A DNA stretch of 17,788 nucleotides from a virus (lineage: Duplodnaviria > Heunggongvirae > Uroviricota > Caudoviricetes): IMG/VR virus record IMGVR_UViG_2870464427_000002; one strand, written 5' to 3'. The number at the start of each line of letters is the position of its first letter. Within the stretch, counting starts at the first letter, position 1. Shown here piece by piece: positions 8,694 through 15,956 of this stretch. Position numbers and translations under genes: made by a program. Below the pieces are notes generated by a model. That model did no database searches and was not told the DNA's origin. It saw only the letters and a list, made by a program, of their open reading frames with translations.

Positions 8694-11068
8694 TAGGCAT
8701 ACCCCCGGCGCTGCTGCTGCGCCATTACATCGTTAATCATTCTTTCCAGTTCGCGTTTACTCATCGTCAACACGTTCTGAATCTCTTTAGTGGTGTTTTG
8801 TCCGTTACCCTGCACGGTAATTTGTGGCGAAAAATTCACCTGAACTTTTCCTGAGGAACGGGAAGGTAGCGTCGCCGCTTTGGTTACGGATTTACCAGGT
8901 AAAGAGGCAGATACGGGTTTGGCGGCTGTATTTTTTGCCGCTGGCGCCGATGACGGCGTAGCCGTTTTGCCGGATGGCGCGAGTTGTTTGCCCACCGGCG
9001 GCGTTAAAATCGCACCGGCAACGCCTGGAACAACGGTCGCGGGGGAGACGGATGCGGTATTAGTCGTGCTTGTAATAGCTGTAGCCGATCCTTCTGTACT
9101 AATACCCATCGTGGTTTTTAGCCAGTCTGGGATGGCGTTTTTTACCTGATCAATAATGCCTTTCAGAGCGGGGAAGGCATTCATTATGCCGTCAACCAGA
9201 CTGCCCAGAAGATTGCTGCCGAACTCGCTAAAACTTGCAGGCATCTCGACACCAAACCAATTCATCACACTGGAAAAGGCGCTATAGAACAACTCCAGCG
9301 GTGACCAGTCGAGAATCAACCGACAAATTCCTGCAATGCCGCCGTCAAAGGCCGTGGTGATACGTTGCCAGATGGTCGAAAAGAACCTGGAGATAGGCTC
9401 CCAGTTGCGATAAATCAGATAAGCAGCGCCCGCAATCGCAGTGATGACCAGACCAATGGGATTCATCAGTAGCACCCGGCCTAGTGAGAGAACGGTCCGA
9501 CCAACCAGTTTCAATGTTCCAATCAGGCCACGACCAAGCAGTTGCGTTAGCCATTTTGCGCCGCCACCCAATGACTTAACCGCTGATAGCATCTTACTTG
9601 CCCCGCCTGTGAGCGCCAGACTTGCCTTGACTTTCAGGAAGATATCGACCAGACGAATAAACGGCGAGGTGATGAGGTTCGCGCCCAGCTTTAAAACATT
9701 CAGCGCACCGTTAAACAGCCAAATCGCCCCGACGATTTTCGCGATGTTTTGCACCAGTGTCGGGTGCTCACGTAGCCAGGCGCTGAACTGACGAATAACC
9801 GGCGTAAGGCTTTGTGCCAGCTCGCCAATCAGCGGCATTAATTGCAAGCCAATGCTGAGCCATAAATCATTTAACGCCAGCTGTAACGCTTTAGTCTGTT
9901 CAATGGGCGAGGCCATTTGCGCAGAAAAGTCGGCATCAATCAGATTCTTGCTGGTGGCTTGCATGGCAGAGGCTTTTAACTGGCGATATTCCTCCATATT
10001 CGCCAGCATAGGGGCCAGGAATTCCACTGTTTGCGCATCGCCGAACATTTCCCCCAGATTAAACTGCGTCACCATCGATTGCAGCGCATTGCTGCGGGCA
10101 GATAAATCTTCGATCTGCATGGTGCGTTTGAAGGTGTCGAGGATCGCCGGATTCATCTTCTCAAGCTGCATTTGCACGATATGAGTCATGGCTTCGCTAA
10201 CACCCATACCGTTTTGCTGATGCTCAAGCAGAGAGCCTTGCAGATCAACGCCCTGGCTGACGAACCAGTAATCGGTTTTTTTCGAAAAGGTGGTTTGCAG
10301 AAAGTGGTCGAAATTCTCCGCCGCCGCACTGGCGCTGGCCCCGTTTTTCATGGCGATCTGCATGGTGGCGGTCAGTTCAGCCATACCTTCCAGACCCTGA
10401 GCGCCGGTTTTACCTGCAAATTTCTCTATCCACTGCGTTTGTTCAGCAATGGCAGGCCCACCGCTTTTGCTAATGCCGTACATCATGTTTTGCGCGGCGT
10501 GGAAATTTTCCGGGGCAATATTCAGTCGATCATGGGTTGCGAGCGCGGCATTCGCCCATGTTTCAGCACTTTCGCGCGTGGCGGTGGCAGCTTTGGCGAT
10601 CTCCGGCATATAACGGTTGAGATCCTGTATCGACGACAAATTGCCTTCGATCAGCGTTTGGGCTGCGTTCTGTAAGGTGGTCTGCTGCTGGTTAAAATCC
10701 ATGCTCCAGTCGCGCAGATTAAGGCTGAGCGTCTCGCGGGTTGTAGCATTCATCCCACCTTTGGTCGCCATATTGACCATGTTGTCCTGAAACTCATACG
10801 GCAACTTCCAGTCGGGGGCTTCAACATTGAATACTTTGCTAAATTGCCCGGCAAATGTTTGGGTTTTCTCCATCAGATTAGCGCGGCTGCGGCTATTTTC
10901 CTCCAGGCGGAGAGCGGAATCGGCAAGCTGCTGCGTTAGTTTGATAACTGTCGCCTGCTGAGTAGAGAGAGTTAACAATGTTCTGGCGTTGAGTGAGCCG
11001 TAACGGGCTATTGCCTGCGTCAACGTCTCATTACGCGCCTGAAGCTGGGTAATAATATCGTTGGCCAA
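8693..11068 (-). CDS. Tail tape measure protein
   Basis: 791 aa. Helical N-terminal half, a cluster of hydrophobic segments at about residue 400-640, and an Ala/Pro/Ser/Thr-rich linker near the C-terminus. It sits after the chaperone gene. The only available start is TTG 11068, because a stop lies 4 codons upstream, and the SD (AGAGAA) is weak. Confidence 0.88.
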   Translation of the reverse strand: MANDIITQLQARNETLTQAIARYGSLNARTLLTLSTQQATVIKLTQQLADSALRLEENSRSRANLMEKTQTFAGQFSKVFNVEAPDWKLPYEFQDNMVNMATKGGMNATTRETLSLNLRDWSMDFNQQQTTLQNAAQTLIEGNLSSIQDLNRYMPEIAKAATATRESAETWANAALATHDRLNIAPENFHAAQNMMYGISKSGGPAIAEQTQWIEKFAGKTGAQGLEGMAELTATMQIAMKNGASASAAAENFDHFLQTTFSKKTDYWFVSQGVDLQGSLLEHQQNGMGVSEAMTHIVQMQLEKMNPAILDTFKRTMQIEDLSARSNALQSMVTQFNLGEMFGDAQTVEFLAPMLANMEEYRQLKASAMQATSKNLIDADFSAQMASPIEQTKALQLALNDLWLSIGLQLMPLIGELAQSLTPVIRQFSAWLREHPTLVQNIAKIVGAIWLFNGALNVLKLGANLITSPFIRLVDIFLKVKASLALTGGASKMLSAVKSLGGGAKWLTQLLGRGLIGTLKLVGRTVLSLGRVLLMNPIGLVITAIAGAAYLIYRNWEPISRFFSTIWQRITTAFDGGIAGICRLILDWSPLELFYSAFSSVMNWFGVEMPASFSEFGSNLLGSLVDGIMNAFPALKGIIDQVKNAIPDWLKTTMGISTEGSATAITSTTNTASVSPATVVPGVAGAILTPPVGKQLAPSGKTATPSSAPAAKNTAAKPVSASLPGKSVTKAATLPSRSSGKVQVNFSPQITVQGNGQNTTKEIQNVLTMSKRELERMINDVMAQQQRRGYA

Positions 11069-11158
11069 AATTGTTTCTCTTTAAATATTGATAATGGCCC
11101 GCTGGTTATTTTTCTAAAAAAAGGGGCAGGGAAGAAATAAACCTGACGGGCTTGGGAA

Positions 11159-11183
11159 ACTCGCAGACATCAGGTCTGCGAGT
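11159..11183 (-). other. Perfect 10-bp stem-loop in the chaperone-to-tape-measure spacer
   Basis: ACTCGCAGAC / 5-nt loop / GTCTGCGAGT. The UGA that closes the E'-like frame lies in the loop. No proper U-tract follows. Confidence 0.5.
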
Positions 11184-11391
11184 CATATTCGATTTTTATT
11201 TGGGCGCTGGCTTCATCCAGCCAGTTGCTAAAGTCATCGACGGTAAGGGCGTCTATCTCACTGGGTGGAAAGCGAAACCATCTCGCCAGTAACGCCATCG
11301 CTTGCCATAACAGTGGCGGATTCTGTAGCCACGCTAAGCATGGATTGAAATCGTTTCTGCAATGCCTGGTAATCCAGCAAATCCATTTCAG
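11170..11391 (-). CDS. E'-like extension frame of the tail chaperone, reachable only by a +1 (= -2) frameshift
   Basis: A stop-free frame of 73 codons plus its stop, with no useful start codon. It overlaps the last 134 nt of the gpE-like gene and continues 88 nt beyond it, encoding ...PPSEIDALTVDDFSNWLDEASAQIKIEYDSQT. The span from 11575 to 11170 is 406 nt (3n+1). Confidence 0.5.
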   Translation of the reverse strand: MKWICWITRHCRNDFNPCLAWLQNPPLLWQAMALLARWFRFPPSEIDALTVDDFSNWLDEASAQIKIEYDSQT

Positions 11392-11575
11392 CTAAATCTT
11401 CTGGCACCAGTCCGGTCATTGCCGCCATTAGCGGTTCATCCCACTCTTCAGGTTTTTCGCTGATCCGGCGCGCGTTGCGCATATCTTTTACTTTCAGGCG
11501 ACGTAATTGCAGAGTGTTAATTACGTCTCCCGCCGCTGAAGTAAACGGGAACTGTAAGATATAATGTTCTTTCAT
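11258..11575 (-). CDS. Tail assembly chaperone, P2 gpE-like
   Basis: 105 aa sitting between the tube and tape-measure genes. FPFTSAAGDVINTLQLRRLKVKDMRNARRIS...LVPEDLAEMDLLDYQALQKRF fits the gpE/gp41 chaperone family. RBS is AAGGA. Confidence 0.8.
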   Translation of the reverse strand: MKEHYILQFPFTSAAGDVINTLQLRRLKVKDMRNARRISEKPEEWDEPLMAAMTGLVPEDLAEMDLLDYQALQKRFQSMLSVATESATVMASDGVTGEMVSLSTQ

Positions 11576-11601
11576 TTTGTGTCCTTATTTATTTTGCAAA
11601 G

Positions 11602-11621
11602 TTCGGGGCCGTAGCCCCGAA
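11602..11621 (-). terminator. Stem-loop between the tube and chaperone genes (weak terminator or attenuator)
   Basis: TTCGGGGC / 4-nt loop / GCCCCGAA. On the minus strand it is followed only by CTTTGC, so termination is probably partial at most. Confidence 0.4.
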
Positions 11622-11625
11622 TAAC

Positions 11626-12150
11626 TTAGCCACCGATGTTATTGCGATAGGTACTTAATTGATCCACACCATTAACCCGGAAAATATTGGCCATATAATC
11701 AAGTTCAAGCAGCGTTTCACCATCAACTACTTGTTTAATATAAGTGCAACCAAAGGCGCTGCTGAATTCCGGGTTTTCATTCTGTTTAAATGTGCCCAGT
11801 GGATTCTTTTTAAACATCACGGTTAAATGTGTCACTAGCGCTAATTGATTCGCTTTCCCCTGGGAGTTATAGCAATCAATACTGGAGCGGCACTGTAATG
11901 CAACCGCCTGCCACGGGTTTGCCGTTTTACGCATTACGTCCTGATAGAAGGAGTTCCATTTAATTTCGCCCTCCAGTTTATCGAAACCCGCCGGGAGTTC
12001 GATTTTACCCACCATGCCCAGTGCTTTATGCTCCTGCATAATTAAACTGACATCCGGCAATTTAATTTCGGTTGCACGACCTAAAAGGTTATTACCATCG
12101 AGATAAATATTGGCGTTGGTAATACGGTTAATTTGAATTTTTCCAGCCAT
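11626..12150 (-). CDS. Tail tube protein (P2 FII-like)
   Basis: 174 aa directly after the sheath gene (TAATG overlap). ITNANIYLDGNNLLGRATEIKLPDV...GMVGKIELPAGFDKLEGEIKWNSF matches the contractile-tail tube family. Confidence 0.9.
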   Translation of the reverse strand: MAGKIQINRITNANIYLDGNNLLGRATEIKLPDVSLIMQEHKALGMVGKIELPAGFDKLEGEIKWNSFYQDVMRKTANPWQAVALQCRSSIDCYNSQGKANQLALVTHLTVMFKKNPLGTFKQNENPEFSSAFGCTYIKQVVDGETLLELDYMANIFRVNGVDQLSTYRNNIGG

Positions 12151-13573
12151 TAGCTATTGCTCTCCAGAGAGACTAAATATTCAGAAGTAATTTCAGTTTC
12201 AAACGTCAGACGTTCCAGCGGCGGCGGCGGGGTGAATTTATAGCTCAGCAATAAATGCCCAGCGCTGAGTTCAGTCGGTGAATTTCGCGCCGGATCGTAC
12301 CAGCATTCAAAGCCAAGCAGTGCGCCGTCGGCAATCAGCTTACGGCCCCAGGTATTTACCGATTCGGTCAGGGCATCAATCAGCGCCTGATTAATCGGCA
12401 TATCAATATACTGCTGACTGAAATAACGGATTGACTCATTAATTACATCGCCTGTCCGGCGGACGTTTTCAAAGTTACGCATATGGGTCACGGTAGGCCA
12501 CGCTGCAGTGCGGTTGCCCCACAAGCGCAGACCAGAGCCGTAACTATTGAAAATAGTGGTAATGCCGTTTTCGTTTAGCTGATTCACTTCGCTTTGTGGA
12601 TCATCAATCATTGCGGAAAGCGAACGTTCAATACCGGTAATACCCTGAATTTCTTGGTTTGAGTTGCTCCACCAGAAACCTTTTTCGAGGTCTACTTTGG
12701 CACGTAGCCCGGCAGCGCGCGAAGAGAGCGGTTCGAGAACTTCCTGGTTAGTGATGCCATCGTAAACTTTGACGTGTGGGTAACATAAACGCGCACGATC
12801 AGAGCTGGTGTTGAAGTTGATAGCCCCTTGCGAACCGCGTCCTGCCAATACCTGCTGGAATGTCGTCCCAATCGGGGCATCAATGTAGGTAATCGCACCA
12901 AGTTTTTCCGCTTGTGCAATCAGCTCTGTAGTTACTGATTTTTGCGTACAGAACACGGGAGCAAGCAGGATTTTGGCGTAGAAACCATACAGGTTATAGG
13001 TGTCCTGTAGCAGTTTCATCCCCGTGCGGTCGCCTGCGGTATTTACGGTACCGATAATATCGGCTGCGGTGACCTTTGTAGGGTCGCACCAGGAATAATA
13101 GGCACAAACTTTCGCACCAGGAGGAATGTCGGCTCCTTTACGGGTAATTATGCCTGTTTGTTCATCTACGCTAAATGCTGCGGTGTTAAAGGTTGATGAA
13201 TTTGATGAAGAGGGCTTTAGTACCACGTTACGCACATTGCGGTGAGCGAGCTTCGCCTGGTTGTTAGCATCAAAAGTGATACTCTCATTGCTGATGTTGG
13301 AGCCATGTTTTGCCGGATCCAGCACGTTAATCACCACCACCGTACCGGCACCGTGGTCATAAATTGCCTTCAGTGCCTGTGGGATCGTAAAGTTAGCCTG
13401 AGTCGAGCCAAACTGCGCAGCATCGCTTTCAGAAAGGCATAATGTTGGTTTATTTACCGGACCGCAGGGGCTGTACCGATTAAAGCGATGACGGCGGATT
13501 TTACCGCTTTAACCGGACGCGGGCCGGTTTCAATTTCAATAGTTTCTACACCGTGCAGATAATTAGCTGCCAT
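12150..13573 (-). pseudogene. Tail sheath gene (P2 FI / Mu L family) broken by a 1-nt frameshift
   Basis: ATG 13573 opens MAANYLHGVETIEIETGPRPVKAVKSAVIALIGTAPAVR*, with the stop at 13454-13456. The sheath sequence continues in the -1 frame as PCGPVNKPTLCLSESDAAQFG...VVVINVLDP down to 12150. One extra C in the C4 run (plus-strand GGGG, 13467-13470) restores a 474-aa ORF. Confidence 0.8.
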
Positions 13574-13760
13574 GTACAATTTCCTCTACGTTATTTTGTT
13601 CTTCCTGAGTGATGACAGGAGTCAGATGATTGCGGGCAATCATGGTCATGACCCACTCGTTGTCTTCTGGCAGATCAATTTCACTGTTCGGCCACAATAA
13701 GATTTCTTGTCCATCGGCAAGGGTGACGCCGCTTGCTGGGCCGTTGTAGATGTATTTCAT
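13563..13760 (-). CDS. Small tail-associated protein (Mu-like gp38 / DUF2635-type slot)
   Basis: 65 aa. ATGA overlap with the upstream gene, and its end overlaps the sheath start by 11 nt. Size and position match the small ORF that precedes the sheath gene in Mu-like tails. Family recall is from memory only. Confidence 0.55.
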   Translation of the reverse strand: MKYIYNGPASGVTLADGQEILLWPNSEIDLPEDNEWVMTMIARNHLTPVITQEEQNNVEEIVHGS

Positions 13761-14212
13761 TCAGTTTCCTCGTAGTTAACTTCCGTAAGCAGGGGAAGAT
13801 CCGTGCTTTCCTGTTCAGCGATAAATAGCGAGCTGGTCGCCATTTCCAGGATGTAGCGGCAGAAACCGCCGCTCTCACCCGTATTAATTTCTTTTTCAAG
13901 CCAAAGAAGACGATCGCAATCAGGAAGCTGAAGGCCACCCAATGCGCTGCGTATGTGATCAAGTGCGTTTAATGCATCACAATTTTTGCCAACAATAACG
14001 GTGGCGGTTAAGCGGAGTATTTGCTGTTGCACGATGGCATTACTGCTTTCGGGCGTAGCAAAGACAGAACCGCTATAATTAATAATCACTGCAACTCGTT
14101 GTGTCTGTGGAATATATTTCTGGGCATCCTTAGATGAAATAAATATATCCATTTCGGAGTTGTGTTCACGTAATCTGGTCACAACAGAATTCATTACAGA
14201 TAAAATTTCCAT
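13757..14212 (-). CDS. Tail completion/terminator-like protein (Mu-like gp37 / DUF1834-type slot); first gene of the tail operon
   Basis: 151 aa. It is the first ORF after a strong terminator and a promoter-like region. The N-terminus ILSVMNSVVTRLRE resembles gp37-family starts. The assignment rests on position plus a weak pattern match. Confidence 0.5.
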   Translation of the reverse strand: MEILSVMNSVVTRLREHNSEMDIFISSKDAQKYIPQTQRVAVIINYSGSVFATPESSNAIVQQQILRLTATVIVGKNCDALNALDHIRSALGGLQLPDCDRLLWLEKEINTGESGGFCRYILEMATSSLFIAEQESTDLPLLTEVNYEETE

Positions 14213-14275
14213 ATAGGCTGTACCTTAATTACCGCTCACTTCGTTATCGTTGAAATGTATTCTGAAGCAGCGAAG

Positions 14276-14284
14276 GTGAAGAAT
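14276..14284 (-). promoter_or_regulatory. ATTCTTCAC motif upstream of the tail operon (candidate activator-dependent promoter element)
   Basis: The identical 9-mer occurs upstream of the lysis operon at 15627-15635. Here TCTTCA-N17-TACATT gives a poor -35 and a fair -10. ATTAAAAG lies immediately 5' of the motif. Confidence 0.3.
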
Positions 14285-14319
14285 CTTTTAATGTGATTTA
14301 GAGAAAAAATTGAATGGTT

Positions 14320-14353
14320 AAAAAAATCCCCACCCTTACATAAGGGTGGGGAT
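14320..14353 (-). terminator. Strong intrinsic terminator separating the lysis cassette from the tail operon
   Basis: On the minus strand: ATCCCCACCC-TTATGTAA-GGGTGGGGAT followed by TTTTTT. It starts 3 nt after the stop of the 104-aa gene. A T-run is also present on the plus strand, so it could act in both directions. Confidence 0.8.
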
Positions 14354-14356
14354 TTT

Positions 14357-14671
14357 TCAATAACTGCCACGTTGTAACAGCTCGATTTTGCTATATAAGG
14401 CATCCAGCTTCGCTTCTAATACTGCTTGCCCACGAAGATAATCTTCTCTGCGGACATAATGCAGCGGAAGCTCGGCACGAAATTCGAGAAATTCTCTTTC
14501 CAGTTTCGACCAACTTGTTTCTGATTCCCGGCGCGCGTTTTCCAGAGATTCAAAACGCTCATTAAGTCGTTTTTCAATTTGTGCTAACAGCAGTTTTCCG
14601 GCAGCAAACATTAATCCAACGAAGGAAAGCATAAGGGAGATCACTTCCCAAAAATCGATACTGAGTTTCAT
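14357..14671 (-). CDS. N-terminal TM plus coiled-coil lysis accessory protein (i-spanin-like or Mu gp25/DUF2730-like)
   Basis: 104 aa. One TM segment (WEVISLMLSFVGLMFAAGKLLL) followed by heptad-like helices (IEKRLNERFESLENARRESE...LEAKLDALYSKIELL). RBS is AGAGGGG. It is the third gene of the lysis cassette. Confidence 0.55.
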   Translation of the reverse strand: MKLSIDFWEVISLMLSFVGLMFAAGKLLLAQIEKRLNERFESLENARRESETSWSKLEREFLEFRAELPLHYVRREDYLRGQAVLEAKLDALYSKIELLQRGSY

Positions 14672-14683
14672 CGGCCCCTCTGA

Positions 14684-15289
14684 TTAATGAAGACAGCTTG
14701 CCTGTCCCCAGAGTAAATAGCGGGCGGCATGTTGATAGAGGATCATCTTTGGATAGCGACGATTTTCTCGCCAGTTCGTGGCGCTGCGCCCGGCGTTGAC
14801 TTGCTCAACATGACCAAACCAGCTAGTGGCATCTAACCCTTTGGATGCAGCCAGTTTTTTATCCCGGTTAACCCACCCCTGACCGCCGTTATAGGCGCTT
14901 AGGGTAAACGCCATACGCTGACAATCATTTTTCGCAGAGATGTTTTTCCACAAATGCTGGTCATATTGCACCAGCGCGCGAATCGCCCAGGTTGGGTTAT
15001 ACGGTTTGTTTTCACGCAATTGTGGATACAACTGGCTTATCCATGTCGCTGTAGCAGGCATAAATTGCGCCATACCTTGTGCGCCAACGGGGGAACGTAC
15101 CATTGGCTGCCAGGCGGACTCCTGGTGTAATTGCCCGGCAAAGTCGGCCACTGGGGCATTCAGCCCCCAGACTTCTCGAGCTGTACGAATTAGTTCGTTT
15201 CGCCATGCCAGAGAGGCTCTCGGCGGTTCAGAGGCGTTGAGTGGGAAAAGAACGAAAATAATCATAGACGCGATATATTTCAGCCACAT
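14684..15289 (-). CDS. Lytic transglycosylase (SLT domain) endolysin with an N-terminal signal or signal-anchor
   Basis: I prefer ATG 15289 (MWLKYIASMIIFVLFPLNASEPP...), 2 nt after the upstream stop. The tracked start at 15388 overlaps the holin-like gene. SLT motif: LHQESAWQP...GAQGMAQFMP.TA...SAYNGG. Confidence 0.85.
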   Translation of the reverse strand: MWLKYIASMIIFVLFPLNASEPPRASLAWRNELIRTAREVWGLNAPVADFAGQLHQESAWQPMVRSPVGAQGMAQFMPATATWISQLYPQLRENKPYNPTWAIRALVQYDQHLWKNISAKNDCQRMAFTLSAYNGGQGWVNRDKKLAASKGLDATSWFGHVEQVNAGRSATNWRENRRYPKMILYQHAARYLLWGQASCLH

Positions 15290-15291
15290 CA

Positions 15292-15579
15292 CTATAGCCC
15301 TAACGCGACGGAAAGGCAGACGGCAGCAACGATGATAGCCCGGCGAATCATTGCCGCCGCGCAGCAACGCGGTTCCTTCCAGGGGCAAAAAGAGTCAGGC
15401 CGTGCCCAGGGGAACAAACTGCGATCGAGCCAGTATCCCAGCACCGCGGAAAGCGAAACCAGGCTTAGTTTATAAATGACGACCGGGATTTGTGCTGAAG
15501 AGGTCCAGCCGATCACGACAAACAGCGCGACGGAAGCGACCAGCCAACCGGAAAGCCGGGGAAGAGTGACTTTTTTCAT
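15292..15579 (-). CDS. Small three-TM membrane protein, putative holin
   Basis: 95 aa with three hydrophobic segments (WLVASVALFVVIGW; IPVVIYKLSLVSLSAVLGYWL; AIIVAAVCLSVALGL). It is the first gene of the cassette, immediately upstream of the endolysin. RBS is AGGAG. Confidence 0.5.
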   Translation of the reverse strand: MKKVTLPRLSGWLVASVALFVVIGWTSSAQIPVVIYKLSLVSLSAVLGYWLDRSLFPWARPDSFCPWKEPRCCAAAMIRRAIIVAAVCLSVALGL

Positions 15580-15626
15580 ACGGTATCTCCTGATAAGTGA
15601 GCGTTTAGTGTCGCCAGAACCCGCCA

Positions 15627-15635
15627 GTGAAGAAT
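15627..15635 (-). promoter_or_regulatory. ATTCTTCAC motif upstream of the lysis operon (candidate activator-dependent promoter element)
   Basis: Same 9-mer as at 14276-14284, lying 48 nt upstream of the holin-like ATG. ATTAAAG lies 8 nt further 5'. Confidence 0.3.
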
Positions 15636-15853
15636 GAAAAAAGCTTTAATAAATAAGTTTAAAAAATAGATTCTCTATAAATGAACATGCCCGCTAATAA
15701 ATCCACTCAGCAATTAAAGAGCAAAAGGTGACCTCGCGAATAAGCGCGTCATTATGCAGGGAAAAGATGATGGTGAATCGTAGGAATAGTCAGTAGTTAT
15801 TTGATTTTTAAAGTTTGTTTAAGAAAGTCAGCGACTGTGAGGGAAACGATCTT

Positions 15854-15881
15854 TTTACACTACAAGTAAAAATAATACTGT
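15854..15881 (+). promoter_or_regulatory. Candidate rightward sigma70 promoter overlapping the left SOS half-site
   Basis: TTTACA (15854-15859), a 16-nt spacer, then TACTGT (15876-15881). The -10 candidate is the left arm of the reconstructed LexA box. In the present state it points into the IS. Confidence 0.3.
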
Positions 15882-15889
15882 ATGTGTAT
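15876..15889. promoter_or_regulatory. Left half of an IS-split LexA (SOS) box
   Basis: TACTGT+ATGTGTAT directly abuts the IS left end. Confidence 0.7.
15882..15889. repeat. Target-site duplication, left copy (ATGTGTAT)
   Basis: Identical 8-mer at 17206-17213, immediately outside both inverted repeats. Confidence 0.85.
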
Positions 15890-15919
15890 GGGTCTTCCCT
15901 TGTTGTGGTGGCTGAAGGC
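15890..15919. repeat. IS left inverted repeat
   Basis: GGGTCTTCCCTTGTTGTGGTGGCTGAAGGC, compared with the reverse complement of the right end, GGGTCTTCCCCGATCATGGTGGGAAGGC. The first 10 nt are identical and the TGGTGG and GAAGGC blocks are shared. Confidence 0.8.
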
Positions 15920-15956
15920 ATGATAATGGTGTATTTAATCGCCAGAGGTCACCGCC

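Noticed and set aside
11258-11300. Canonical -1 frameshift for the chaperone
   Set aside because: The -1 frame hits TAG just beyond the gpE stop, and no slippery heptamer or T-run is present. Only the +1/-2 frame stays open.
13454-13480. Programmed -1 ribosomal frameshift in the sheath gene
   Set aside because: A_GCC_CCT is not an X_XXY_YYZ slippery site, no stimulatory structure is evident, and sheath genes are not known to need recoding. Mutation or a homopolymer read error is the simpler explanation.
13681-13962. 93-aa minus-strand ORF overlapping two tail genes
   Set aside because: It is out of frame with, and nested across, the gp37-like and gp38-like genes. Its translation is basic and low-complexity, and it has no RBS.
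15290-15388. 33-codon extension of the transglycosylase ORF overlapping the holin-like gene
   Set aside because: The extension (MPLEGTALLRGGNDSPGYHRCC...) is not signal-like. ATG 15289 gives a typical signal peptide and sits 2 nt after the upstream stop.
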